From the NCBI GenBank assembly GCA_001770205.1, contig MEQL01000061.1, positions 1 to 64,000 on the forward strand: DNA of 64,000 nucleotides. The letters run 5' to 3'. Both the position numbers and the translations under genes were made by a program. Shown in pieces: positions 19,360-29,420 of this stretch (its first letter is position 1; each line of letters starts with the position of its first letter). This stretch comes from Bdellovibrionales bacterium RIFOXYD12_FULL_39_22 (GTDB taxonomy: Bacteria; Bdellovibrionota; Bacteriovoracia; Bacteriovoracales; Bacteriovoracaceae). The notes beneath the pieces were generated by a model. It ran no database searches. It was given only the letters and a program-made list of their open reading frames with translations, and was not told the origin of the DNA.

Positions 19360-21612
19360 TTATTTTTTGTAACTATGTCCCGTAAAAATGCCTATGCAAA
19401 ATTTAATTAATACTATGGCACCCAATCCGAAGATAACATCTCCAACTACTCGCGCCCATCGCAAGTTTTGAATAAGTGAAGTTTGCATAAAATCAGAACT
19501 GCGTGCATACCATAATCCATAATCTATACTGGCCATTGTTTGCAAAATACCAATAGGCAAAAGACTTAATAATATCATAAGTGCCAGACCAATATTCAGA
19601 GCCCAAAAAGAGTGTTTTAAGCAGCGTTCATTCCATTCTCCTGCTGGGGCCAATACCCGTAATATCAGCATCACAAACCCCAAGGCCAACATTCCGTACA
19701 CTCCAAAAAGAGCGGCATGTCCATGAACTGGTGTTGTGTTTAATCCTTGCATATAAAACAAAGCAATGGGGGGATTAATTAAAAAGCCAAAAATTCCTGC
19801 TCCCACTAAATTCCAAAAACTCACGGCCAGAAAAAACATTAAGGGCCACTTGTACTCCTTAACCCATTCTGTTGAAGTAGAGAGGCGATAAGTTTCAAAG
19901 GCCTCTATTCCCACTAAAAGTAGTGGAACAACCTCTAATGCACTAAAAGTGGCACCGAGGGCCGCAATCATAGAAGTGGTCCCTGAAAAATAGAGATGGT
20001 GAAAAGTTCCTGGAATTCCCGCCACCAAAAATATCGCAGTACTAGTAACTACTGCGCGCGTGGCACTTTTATTTTTTATCAACCCCAGGGTAGAGAAAAT
20101 AGTAGCAATGGCCGCGGTAGTAAAAACTTCAAAAAATCCCTCTACCCATAAATGTACTACCCACCAACGCCAATACTCCATGACACTCATGTGCGTTCGG
20201 GCACCAATGAAAAAGCCAGATCCATAAAAAAGGCCAATGGCCACCGCCGAGCCAGTAAAGAGGACTATTAGTCCTTTGTTATCTTCATTTCGTCTTAAGG
20301 CCGGCAATATTGCTCGGGCCATAAGCAGCAACCACAATAAAAGGCCAACAAAAAGTAAAATCTGCCAAAAGCGTCCAAGGTCTACATACTCATATCCTTG
20401 ATGGCCAATGAAAAAACTATTTGAAAGTTCCAACTTTTGAGCAATGGCCAAATACTCTCCGGCCAGTGAGCCAAATACTACAATCAAAAGCGCAACGAAT
20501 AGAGTATTAACTCCTGCTCGTTGAAATTTTGGTTCACCTCCACCAATGATTGGCCCTAAAAATAATCCTGCTCCTAAAAAGGCCGTAGCAATCCAAAACA
20601 CTCCAATTTGCAAATGCCAAGTACGAGTGACAGCATAGGGAAGATACTTTGCTAATGGAATTCCATAAAGGCCCTGGCCTTCCACCGTATAGTGAGCTGT
20701 CAACACACCTAATCCAATTTGCAAGATAAAGAGCAGTAGTACTACTGCGGCATATTTCCAGGTTGCTTTCATTGATGGCGTTAGCGTTAAATTTATAAAA
20801 GGATTTTTTGGGGGAGGATTTTCTTCGACAGCTTCTTCCCCCTTAAATGTTTTATACCAAACTAATACGCCGGCCCCCAACAGCAATACAATCACACTGA
20901 TAATTGACCAAATAATATTTTTGGCAGTTGGAACATTGTCAATCAGCGGTTCATGTGGCCAATTATTCGTATAGGTGACCTTCGTTTCTGGACGATAGGT
21001 GGCCGCCGCCCAGGCAGTCCAAAAGAAAAAGGCATTCATCTTCTCAATGGAAGAGAGATCCCTAATTGCACCATCGGCAATCGCATAGTCTGCTCGCAAC
21101 TTTTTAAAGGTCGGATCATCACTAAAAAGGCCAGCATAGTATTTGCTATTAGCAATAATGGCCTGTTGCCTAATTTCTGATACAACCAATTCGCCTCTTT
21201 CCGCATTATAGTTATTGGTTTTAATTTCCAAAATTAAACGATTTTTTAAAATGGCCTGTTTGTCACTAGTTAGTTTTTCATAATCCGTTTGATAATCTTC
21301 TTTCGACCAAATAGTTAATATGGCAGTCAACTCTCTATGCAGCCAATCAGCAGACCAATCAGGGGCCTGATACGCTCCATGTCCCCATATCGTTCCTACT
21401 TGTTGGCCACCAATTGACTGCCACACTAGTTGGCCTACAGTAATATCCTCGCCAGTAAAAAGTAGTTCACCCGAGCTAGAAACCACTCGGGCGGGAATCG
21501 GTGGGGCCTCACGATAAACATCTATACCGCCCCATCCTAAAATTGAAAATGCTACAACAAGTGCTACAACAAGCACCACCCATTGTTTTTTCGCTCCCTC
21601 CCAAAAGTGCAT
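19360..21612 (-). CDS. norB: Quinol-dependent nitric oxide reductase (qNor)
   Basis: WGHGAYQAPDWSAD, YTNNWP, WWVVHLWVEGFFE, GTFHHLY, HGHAALFG; AAGGAG RBS before ATG 21612. Confidence 0.95.
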   Translation of the reverse strand: MHFWEGAKKQWVVLVVALVVAFSILGWGGIDVYREAPPIPARVVSSSGELLFTGEDITVGQLVWQSIGGQQVGTIWGHGAYQAPDWSADWLHRELTAILTIWSKEDYQTDYEKLTSDKQAILKNRLILEIKTNNYNAERGELVVSEIRQQAIIANSKYYAGLFSDDPTFKKLRADYAIADGAIRDLSSIEKMNAFFFWTAWAAATYRPETKVTYTNNWPHEPLIDNVPTAKNIIWSIISVIVLLLGAGVLVWYKTFKGEEAVEENPPPKNPFINLTLTPSMKATWKYAAVVLLLFILQIGLGVLTAHYTVEGQGLYGIPLAKYLPYAVTRTWHLQIGVFWIATAFLGAGLFLGPIIGGGEPKFQRAGVNTLFVALLIVVFGSLAGEYLAIAQKLELSNSFFIGHQGYEYVDLGRFWQILLFVGLLLWLLLMARAILPALRRNEDNKGLIVLFTGSAVAIGLFYGSGFFIGARTHMSVMEYWRWWVVHLWVEGFFEVFTTAAIATIFSTLGLIKNKSATRAVVTSTAIFLVAGIPGTFHHLYFSGTTSMIAALGATFSALEVVPLLLVGIEAFETYRLSTSTEWVKEYKWPLMFFLAVSFWNLVGAGIFGFLINPPIALFYMQGLNTTPVHGHAALFGVYGMLALGFVMLILRVLAPAGEWNERCLKHSFWALNIGLALMILLSLLPIGILQTMASIDYGLWYARSSDFMQTSLIQNLRWARVVGDVIFGLGAIVLIKFCIGIFTGHSYKK

Positions 21613-21682
21613 AAGATCTCCTTTGTTTAAAGTTTTATCTAAAATGTTCTTTTTTGATTGTGTTCCAAAAGCAATCATTTGG

Positions 21683-21700
21683 AATTGACTCAAGTCAATT
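21683..21700. promoter_or_regulatory. CRP/FNR-family (FNR/DNR/NnrR-type) box
   Basis: Palindrome AATTGAC-TCAA-GTCAATT about 70 bp upstream of qNor. Confidence 0.75.
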
Positions 21701-21769
21701 TTTTAATAAATAGATAGATCGCCTTATCCGTTATTGATATAGTCCTCATGTAAGGAAATAATTGTGCCT

Positions 21770-23344
21770 ATGAAAATAGTAAAATATTTAAATGTTATCT
21801 CTGCGCCACTTCTTTCGGCAGCTTTTTTTTATGCCGGTTGGGCCCCGTCCAAAAGCATTTTTATAAACTTTGCTTTTGTTCCGCTTTTTTATTATTGGAG
21901 TGGCCTGCGAACTTTTCGCCAAATAATTTTTTCAGCGGCAATTTTTAGTTTTTTTACTAGTCTTTTTTCGGCGCATTGGATTATTCAGGGAGTTATAAAT
22001 TACGCCCAAACTTCTTGGGTGGTAGGAGCAGTTTTTTTAATCTTTTTTGCTCTTATTAATAATTATCACATAATTTTGGCCGCCGGCCTTTGGAAGCTTT
22101 TAAATATTCGGCCGTCAAATTCTATTGCCAGTTTTTCTGTTTTAATTTTACTCTACTCCACACTCGAAATCCTACCTACTATTTTCCCCGGGCAAGTTGG
22201 GGTGGCATGGCTGGTAAATGAGATTCCTAGTTTTTTTCTGGCAAAATATATTGGGATAGAAGGAATTAGTGCAATAATTTTATTTTGTAATTTCTTTTTG
22301 CTTAAAATCTTCACTACTCCTATTCAGGCCCAAAAAAGACAATACTCAGTATCACTTCTTTTGCTCTTACTAGTTGCTTATCTTGGTGGTTCCTTTATCG
22401 GTGGGAATGACCGAAAATTGGCCGTGCTACCTAATTCTACCAATGGTGAATCGATTGAGATACTACTTGTTCAACCCAATATCTCCAACCCAGACAAAAT
22501 CAATGAACAACAAAGCATTACTAAGCGCAAGATTATGAAAACGCTTATCGAACTTACCAAAGCAGGAATGGCCGCGGCCGCTGAGCAAAATAGAAAAATC
22601 GATCTAATTATCTGGCCAGAAACTGCTGTTCCTGAGGTATTTAATCAGCAACATCTCGGAGGAATTTATCAAAAAGAAGTTTTAGACTTAGTCAAAGAAA
22701 GTAAATCGCCATTAATTACCGGGGCCTACTTTGAAGAGAAAGATGGCCTTTTCTCCAATGCCGTTTTTTTGCTTCTTCCTTCTGGCGAAATATCAAAATA
22801 TCGCAAAAACAGCTTACTGCCGGGAGGAGAAAGTAATACTTTTTTGGCAAAACTACCTTGGATCGGCGAGAAGTTTAAATTTGCTGCTTCGCTGGTGGCC
22901 AGCAATGATCCTTCGCAAATTGCTTTGGGACAGACTTTAAATTTGGAAATATCTATTTGCTATGAAGGTATTTTAAAAAGATATAATTCAGAAAATTTCA
23001 TTATCCCGGCCATTGCGATTAATGTGGCAAATGATCTTTGGTTTGGTGATTATTTTGAACCCACTCAACACGCCTTTATTACTTTGGCCAAATCTATTGA
23101 GGCCAATCGTTCCATGGCCCGCGTGGCAAATAGTGGAATCTCTTTTGTCTATGATTCAATCCAAAATACAACTAGTGTTATGAGGTCAAATATGGCGTCC
23201 ACCGCCCTGGTTTCGTTAAAAACTCCACATGCCAATGCTGAAAGTTTTTATGTTAAAAACAAGTGGATACTTATCACACTTAAACTACTTTTCATTGTGG
23301 GAATCTTTTTGTTTTTTAAATTCCGACCGAAATATTCATCATAA
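21770..23344 (+). CDS. lnt: Apolipoprotein N-acyltransferase
   Basis: TM N-terminus; VQPNI, IWPETA, YRKNSL, ICYE, NDLWFG, RVANSGIS (E-K-C triad). Confidence 0.9.
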   Translation: MKIVKYLNVISAPLLSAAFFYAGWAPSKSIFINFAFVPLFYYWSGLRTFRQIIFSAAIFSFFTSLFSAHWIIQGVINYAQTSWVVGAVFLIFFALINNYHIILAAGLWKLLNIRPSNSIASFSVLILLYSTLEILPTIFPGQVGVAWLVNEIPSFFLAKYIGIEGISAIILFCNFFLLKIFTTPIQAQKRQYSVSLLLLLLVAYLGGSFIGGNDRKLAVLPNSTNGESIEILLVQPNISNPDKINEQQSITKRKIMKTLIELTKAGMAAAAEQNRKIDLIIWPETAVPEVFNQQHLGGIYQKEVLDLVKESKSPLITGAYFEEKDGLFSNAVFLLLPSGEISKYRKNSLLPGGESNTFLAKLPWIGEKFKFAASLVASNDPSQIALGQTLNLEISICYEGILKRYNSENFIIPAIAINVANDLWFGDYFEPTQHAFITLAKSIEANRSMARVANSGISFVYDSIQNTTSVMRSNMASTALVSLKTPHANAESFYVKNKWILITLKLLFIVGIFLFFKFRPKYSS

Positions 23345-24428
23345 AACGACGATCTTCTTCACCTCTAAACCCTGAATCGCTAAGATCAACAGCATATGTC
23401 GTTAGATCACACTCTAACATTTGGGTTTTAATTCCCAGTCCGGCCGAACCAAAGCCATCGCCATATCCTATACGAATAAACATAACGTGGCTAAAGTCAA
23501 ACTCCATTCCAAGTCCTGTTTTGCGAAGTGCGGCAACATTTTCATACTGATTGGTTAAATCTTTATAATTAACTTCAATTCTCCACCAGACAGTATTAGC
23601 GATTTGTGGAGTAAGTGAAAAACCAGCGTGGAGGGAGCGTTTAATTAGCTCCGGCGCTCCCGCTGATCCAGCGTCCGGGGTAAAGGGGGTATTCATAGCA
23701 TTATGCAGTGTTGCAGAAAAAGTGGGTAAAAACATTATTGGCAAGGTAAGCTTTGCCCCTCCCGTAATTAGAATCATGCTTCCTTTATTTTGCTCACTGT
23801 CTGCTAAATCAAAGGTGACGTTTGGATCGGCGGTACCCATGGCCTCGGTACGAAACAGCCAGGTACCTGTTACTCCCAGTTTAATTATTCCTCCCATCAT
23901 GGCCAGGGTAAAAGCACCATATGGGCCATGATCTAGGCGAGTGGCGTACTCGTAAGGATCTCCCTCTTCCGTACCAATGTAGCCAAGATTTTTTTTGGAA
24001 AAAAGATAGCCGGCAGAAAGAAAACGAGTTGCAAAATTAGGCAAGGCCTGAATTCGATTAAAGGAGAGCGTCCCTTTATTGTTCAAAAGAAGTTCACGGC
24101 TTCCATCCATAGAAAAGCCTTTAATAATATCGGTAAAAACTTCAAATAATGTTCCCGATGTCCCTGCGCGAACCCATGCTTTATTGGCCTCTAGACTAAA
24201 ATTACTCAAGTGTAAATGAGTGTTACGAATTGAACCTAATCCGGCAGGATTGTAAAAGGCACTGGCACTGTCATTGGCGGTACTAAGATAGGCATTGCCC
24301 ATAGATAATGCCCGGCCCGAGGTGACAAGCTCTGGAAAAATTGCATCAGAAAAATTAATTGTCGCCTGGGCGGTTAAAGAGACCGTTAAAGATAAAAAAA
24401 ATGTTACCAGCTTTTTTGATATTTTCAT
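23316..24428 (-). CDS. Outer-membrane beta-barrel (PorV/FadL/TraF-like)
   Basis: GRALSMGNAY...FYNPAGL N-terminal motif; alternating strands at C-terminus. Confidence 0.7.
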   Translation of the reverse strand: MKISKKLVTFFLSLTVSLTAQATINFSDAIFPELVTSGRALSMGNAYLSTANDSASAFYNPAGLGSIRNTHLHLSNFSLEANKAWVRAGTSGTLFEVFTDIIKGFSMDGSRELLLNNKGTLSFNRIQALPNFATRFLSAGYLFSKKNLGYIGTEEGDPYEYATRLDHGPYGAFTLAMMGGIIKLGVTGTWLFRTEAMGTADPNVTFDLADSEQNKGSMILITGGAKLTLPIMFLPTFSATLHNAMNTPFTPDAGSAGAPELIKRSLHAGFSLTPQIANTVWWRIEVNYKDLTNQYENVAALRKTGLGMEFDFSHVMFIRIGYGDGFGSAGLGIKTQMLECDLTTYAVDLSDSGFRGEEDRRFMMNISVGI

Positions 24429-24494
24429 AATACGATTGTATCGCAAATACCGCCAATTTCGCAGCGGCATATTTTTTCCTCTTGCCTGACTCAT

Positions 24495-25871
24495 TTAATT
24501 GGTCTTTTTTTCGCTATCTTCGCTGTTTTTAGAATCATCGCGTTTATCGTTAGATGACTCTACGGAGAAATTATTTTTGGCCTCACTTTTGGAGAAAAAG
24601 TGTTTTTCACCGGCAACATCTCGAACACGTACTTCCTTTATTTCGTAATTTGCCACATTTGTAATTTCAAAAGAAATTCCTTCCCACACAATAATCTGTC
24701 CGTTTTCAGGAAAGTTGTTTCCGAGCATATCTAATAAAAATCCGGCCAAGGTTGAATAGTTATCATTAAGCGGTATTTTAATATCGTAATCGCTGTCTAA
24801 ATCACGAAGAGGAATCTGTCCATCAACCAACAGTCCATTCTCCGCACTTTCCTCGTCATCATCTATATCATACGATTGATCTTCCTCTTCATCGTGCTCA
24901 TCGAGAATTTCGCCAAAAATTTCTTCAATTATATCTTCCAGTGTTACAATGCCAACAATCAATCCATTTTCATCTTTGATTAATGCCAGATGAACTTTTT
25001 TACGATTCATATGATCAAAGACCGCTTGTATTTTCATATGCTCATAGACAAAAAATGGCCTTTTGAGCAACTTTTTAAGTTCAAATTTCTCTGGTTCTCC
25101 AACATTAACAAAGGCCAAATCTTTAACATGCAAAAACCCGATAGTATTATCTAAAGATCCTTTACACACTGGATAACGACTATGATTATCTTCTCGAACC
25201 AGATCTACAATTTGTTTGAAGGACATATTGCGCTCAATAAACTTAACTTGCTGCCTTGGCACCATAATGTCTTTTACTTTTATGGTAGGAAATTCCAAAA
25301 TGGAACTTAAAAGTCCCAACTGTTTTGAGTCGATAGTTTTTTCTTTTTCTGCTCTTCCGACTAAATATTCAATATCATTTTTTGTCACCATTCTTCCCTG
25401 TAATTGGGAGTGATCACCCAAAATTTTTTCAATAAACCAAGTAACCATAGTAACCACAGGAAAAAGAATATAAAAATTTACCTGTAAAATACGTACCACT
25501 ACAGTTGCTAACGCCTCTGCGTGATTTTTAGCAAATGTTTTAGGGGTTATTTCTCCAAACAGAAGAATAAGTACCGTGGAAATAAAAACGCTAATGCCAA
25601 CCGCTGCTTCATTAAATACTCTAGTGGCCACGATGGATACCATTGTAGCAAATATGATATTTACAATATTGTTCCCAACTAAAATGGTGGTTAAAATTTC
25701 ATTGTGTCTTTCGGCCAAAAAAGAAAGAGCGCGTCCCTTGGGCCCACCAGCTTCGATAATCTGTTTCGCGCGATCAATGCTTATGGATAACAAGACAGCT
25801 TCTGAGGCAGAATAGAAGGCCGAACTGGCCAAGCAAGCGATCAGCGCGATCACTTCATAGGGGTAAACCAT
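24495..25871 (-). CDS. HlyC/CorC (CNNM-CBS) family transporter
   Basis: SAFYSASE, ILVGNN, FGEITPK, HSRYPV, TLEDIIEEIFGEI.DE. Confidence 0.93.
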   Translation of the reverse strand: MVYPYEVIALIACLASSAFYSASEAVLLSISIDRAKQIIEAGGPKGRALSFLAERHNEILTTILVGNNIVNIIFATMVSIVATRVFNEAAVGISVFISTVLILLFGEITPKTFAKNHAEALATVVVRILQVNFYILFPVVTMVTWFIEKILGDHSQLQGRMVTKNDIEYLVGRAEKEKTIDSKQLGLLSSILEFPTIKVKDIMVPRQQVKFIERNMSFKQIVDLVREDNHSRYPVCKGSLDNTIGFLHVKDLAFVNVGEPEKFELKKLLKRPFFVYEHMKIQAVFDHMNRKKVHLALIKDENGLIVGIVTLEDIIEEIFGEILDEHDEEEDQSYDIDDDEESAENGLLVDGQIPLRDLDSDYDIKIPLNDNYSTLAGFLLDMLGNNFPENGQIIVWEGISFEITNVANYEIKEVRVRDVAGEKHFFSKSEAKNNFSVESSNDKRDDSKNSEDSEKKTN

Positions 25872-26036
25872 TTAATAAATTCCTTGAAACAATGAATCCA
25901 TATCTATAAGAAACTTTTCCGGTGAAGAATTGTAAGTAAACCTAATCTTAACATTTCCTCAAATCTACGATACTGTGAAAAAAAGTTTATAAGTTGAGTA
26001 TATAGGCAATTATAATAAAAATCTACCCGGGCAATA

Positions 26037-27020
26037 ATGAAATCTCTTCCTCGCTCTATCGACAATGCCTTTCCACTTATTTTTGCTCCTATTGATGGAA
26101 TAACTGACGCACCATTTCGCTCGGCCATTGATAAACATTTTCCACGTTGGGATTATTTTTTTACTGACTTTTTTCGCGTTCCGTCTAACCCTTCAGCAAG
26201 ATTTTCAGAAAAAATAATTCTAGGCCACTTGGGTGATAGCGTTTACAGAAATCAAAAGTTGCGTCAAAAAACTGTTTTGCAATTTTTAGTTTCGGCCCAT
26301 GGCAAAAAGCAAAGTGGCCAACTGGCAAAATTGGTTTCCGACATGGAAATTCCGTGGCTAGACATAAATGTGGGCTGCCCTTCCAAAAAAGTTTTTGGCC
26401 ATCAAGGAGGAGCTTACTTACTTGGCGATTTAGATAATCTTCGCGCTATTGTACAAGAGATTAGAAAAAATTACCTTTATTTTTTATCAGCAAAAATACG
26501 ACTGGGAATTAATGATGATGCAAACTTTACAGAAATTATAAAACTGCTGCAAGACGAAGGAGTAGATCTAATCACTCTACACCCACGAACACGTGCACAA
26601 TTTTATAATGGAAAAAGTAACTGGCAGTACATTACGCAGGCCGTTCAGCAATTAAATATTCCGGTCATCGGAAATGGTGATGTTAATAGCACAGATGATA
26701 TTTGGCGAATGAAAGAAGAGACTGGGTGTTATGGAGTAATGATCGGCCGCAGCGCGGTAACAAACCCTCTTCTGGCAAAAAACTACAAAGAAAAAACAGA
26801 TCAAAATTTAACGTGGCCACAGCTTTCACTCTTTTTAGATGATGTTAAGATTGCCTATTTAGAGCAAAATGTAGAACCATGGCAAATTTTAAAACGATTA
26901 AAACTTCTTTTAAAACTAATGGGAACTATGATTGATGGCCAGCAGATATATCAACGCCTAACAATGAAAAATCTTATTGCGTTTGAGAATTCACTAAAAG
27001 AGATTATTCCCACCACTTAA
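26037..27020 (+). CDS. dus: tRNA-dihydrouridine synthase
   Basis: APIDGITD, DINVGCP, KIRLG, HPRT, GNGDV, MIGR. Confidence 0.9.
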   Translation: MKSLPRSIDNAFPLIFAPIDGITDAPFRSAIDKHFPRWDYFFTDFFRVPSNPSARFSEKIILGHLGDSVYRNQKLRQKTVLQFLVSAHGKKQSGQLAKLVSDMEIPWLDINVGCPSKKVFGHQGGAYLLGDLDNLRAIVQEIRKNYLYFLSAKIRLGINDDANFTEIIKLLQDEGVDLITLHPRTRAQFYNGKSNWQYITQAVQQLNIPVIGNGDVNSTDDIWRMKEETGCYGVMIGRSAVTNPLLAKNYKEKTDQNLTWPQLSLFLDDVKIAYLEQNVEPWQILKRLKLLLKLMGTMIDGQQIYQRLTMKNLIAFENSLKEIIPTT

Positions 27021-27425
27021 TCAGCGGCCAAATCTTGATCTATAGACCTTTTCTACTATCTGTATGCTATGGAAAGTTAAAAGTCCAAGAAGCGCAAAGA
27101 ACATTCCCCAAAAATCCGAAAAGAGACTAAGTAAAAGACAAAAAAGAAGTGGCAATAAACTTTCGGCTATCTTGGACTGAAGATCATTTGTTGGTTTTAA
27201 TTTTTCCAATAGTATTTTATTACTGCGAACAATCACTGCAATAAAGGAAAAATTGTGACGATTTTTTGCCACCCATTCTTCAATATTAGGAGCGTAGATG
27301 GCCAAAGGCCAAGAGTAGGCGGTTAAAAAAAAGAGGAGATAAAAAATCGAAATACCAGAGAAGGCCAATAAAACAACAACGAGTACCATGGGGGGCAAAT
27401 ATTTAAAATAGTATTGACGTAACAT
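27021..27425 (-). CDS. Hypothetical membrane protein
   Basis: Several hydrophobic helices, downstream of rny. Confidence 0.65.
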   Translation of the reverse strand: MLRQYYFKYLPPMVLVVVLLAFSGISIFYLLFFLTAYSWPLAIYAPNIEEWVAKNRHNFSFIAVIVRSNKILLEKLKPTNDLQSKIAESLLPLLFCLLLSLFSDFWGMFFALLGLLTFHSIQIVEKVYRSRFGR

Positions 27426-27437
27426 AGCAAGACAAAC

Positions 27438-28997
27438 CTATCTAGCAATACCTACGGCCTTAATTTCGCGTAAAACAATAACCTTGATATTTCCGGGATA
27501 CGACATATCGCTCTCGATTTTTTTCGAAATATCACGCGCTAATACAGAAACTCTTTCATCGTTGACTTTTTCGTTTTCTACAAAAACTCGCACCTCTCGT
27601 CCTCCAGAAATGGCATAGCAAGAGGAGACTCCTTCAAAGTCCATAACAATTTTTTCAATATCGCTTAGTCGTGAAACATAAGACTCCATCATCGCTTTAC
27701 GCGCCCCTGGCCGAGCACCCGACAAAGCATCGGCCGCGGCCACTAAATGGGCCAAAATTGTTTCGGGTTTTTCATCATCATGATGTGCCCGAACGGCATG
27801 TACAATATCCGGGGCCTCGCCATATTTCTTTAAAAAATTGGCGCCAATAACGGCGTGAGATCCTTCGGCCGCAGCATCTAAAACTTTACCCACATCATGT
27901 AAAAGTCCGGCACGGCGCGCTTGTTTTACATTTAATCCTAATTCGGCGGCCATGGTTCCACAAAGGAAGGAACTTTCGATGGCATGTTGATATTGATTTT
28001 GAGTGTAAGAGGTTCGCCAGTTAAGTGCACCTACTAATTTCAAAATTTCTGGGTGAATGCCATGCACTCCAATCTCCATTTGCGCCTTTTCTCCCAACTC
28101 TCTAAGTTGGCGATCAAATTCACTTTTGGATTTTTCATAGAATTCTTCAATTTTGGCGGGATGAATTCGTCCATCGGCAATTAATTTCTCTATAGTCATC
28201 TTGGCAATTTCTCTTCTTACGACATTAAATGATGAAATAACTACCATTTCGGGAGTATCATCAATGATTAAATCTACTCCACAAATTTGTTCAAAGGCAC
28301 GAATGTTGCGCCCCTCGCGGCCAATTAGTCGTCCCTTAACATCATCCGAGGGAAGCTCCACGGAACCTATAGTTTGTTCGGCCACGTATTCTCCCGCAAA
28401 ACGCTGGATGGCCATACTCATGATTTTTTTTGAATTTCTTTCTGCTCCCTCGCGGGCCTCTTCTTCTAGACGCTGATATACCTTGGCAAAATCGGCCTTA
28501 GCGTCATCATTCATTGCTTGCATCAATTCTGCTTTTGCCGCCTCACGACTCATGCCACTAACTTCGCTCAAACGATTGGCCAAATCAGTCTGTTTGGACT
28601 TGTAACGATCAATTTCTGCTTCAATTTTTTTGCGTTTATCCTCTAAATTTTCTTCTTGTTGTTTTAAGCGTTGAACTTCTTTTTCGCTTTGCTCGCTCTT
28701 TTGCTCTAGGGTGACTTCTCGCTTGGCCAAATCTTTTTCTAAATTTCGCAAGTCATTTTGACGCTTTTTTATCTCATTTTCTGCTTTATCTCTTTCTTCT
28801 TGCGCAATTTCTTTTGCCTCTTTTCTGGCCTTATATTTTATGTCATTTGCATCTTCTTTGGCCTTATTTATAATCTCATCGGCCCGTCCTTGACGCTTGC
28901 GCAATTCCGTCATGGCCATCGCATGGCGCACAAAAAAACCAACGCCCCCTCCTACAATAATTGCCAATACTGAGGCAAGCACTAAACTCAAATCCAT
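27438..28997 (-). CDS. rny: Ribonuclease Y
   Basis: N-terminal TM, coiled coil, KH (GRLIGREGRNIR), HD (LLHDVGK), SGARPGAR. Confidence 0.97.
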   Translation of the reverse strand: MDLSLVLASVLAIIVGGGVGFFVRHAMAMTELRKRQGRADEIINKAKEDANDIKYKARKEAKEIAQEERDKAENEIKKRQNDLRNLEKDLAKREVTLEQKSEQSEKEVQRLKQQEENLEDKRKKIEAEIDRYKSKQTDLANRLSEVSGMSREAAKAELMQAMNDDAKADFAKVYQRLEEEAREGAERNSKKIMSMAIQRFAGEYVAEQTIGSVELPSDDVKGRLIGREGRNIRAFEQICGVDLIIDDTPEMVVISSFNVVRREIAKMTIEKLIADGRIHPAKIEEFYEKSKSEFDRQLRELGEKAQMEIGVHGIHPEILKLVGALNWRTSYTQNQYQHAIESSFLCGTMAAELGLNVKQARRAGLLHDVGKVLDAAAEGSHAVIGANFLKKYGEAPDIVHAVRAHHDDEKPETILAHLVAAADALSGARPGARKAMMESYVSRLSDIEKIVMDFEGVSSCYAISGGREVRVFVENEKVNDERVSVLARDISKKIESDMSYPGNIKVIVLREIKAVGIAR

Positions 28998-29084
28998 CGG
29001 ACAACTCCTTCGACTAGAATCGTTATTATGAAATAATCTGTTAGAGCTGTTAAAATCTGCGGAATAAAATTGGTCTGAATCTGT

Positions 29085-29384
29085 TTATTGGATAACTGTG
29101 GCGCTAATAAAATCCAGCGCCTCTTTGGCAGTTAATTGAAGCCGCTCAATATTTGATTGATATTCTTTCCTCATAGATAGTAACTCTTCTGCTATTTTCA
29201 GGGCAACTAATGTTGCTAAATGTTTATCTTCTAAATGAGGTGAATTATCCTTTATTTTTAAAGCTTCGCTACAAACAAAATCAACAATTTCTTTGGCAGA
29301 AATTTCGTGCACAGACGTGTCAGATCTAAACCTAACAGGTGTACTAAGCACATCAAATTCTAACATATTATCAATCGTTTCCAC
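29085..29384 (-). CDS. zapA: Cell division protein ZapA
   Basis: Size, LATLVALKIAEEL motif, position upstream of rny. Confidence 0.75.
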   Translation of the reverse strand: METIDNMLEFDVLSTPVRFRSDTSVHEISAKEIVDFVCSEALKIKDNSPHLEDKHLATLVALKIAEELLSMRKEYQSNIERLQLTAKEALDFISATVIQ

Positions 29385-29420
29385 TAATTTCAGAATAGTC
29401 GAAAGGCCTGTTTAAGTCAA

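Noticed and set aside
19360..21612. Possible nitric oxide dismutase
   Set aside because: HLWVEGFFE and HH ligands are canonical for qNor
21613..21693. Longer qNor start at 21693
   Set aside because: Overlaps the FNR-type box; a strong RBS precedes ATG 21612
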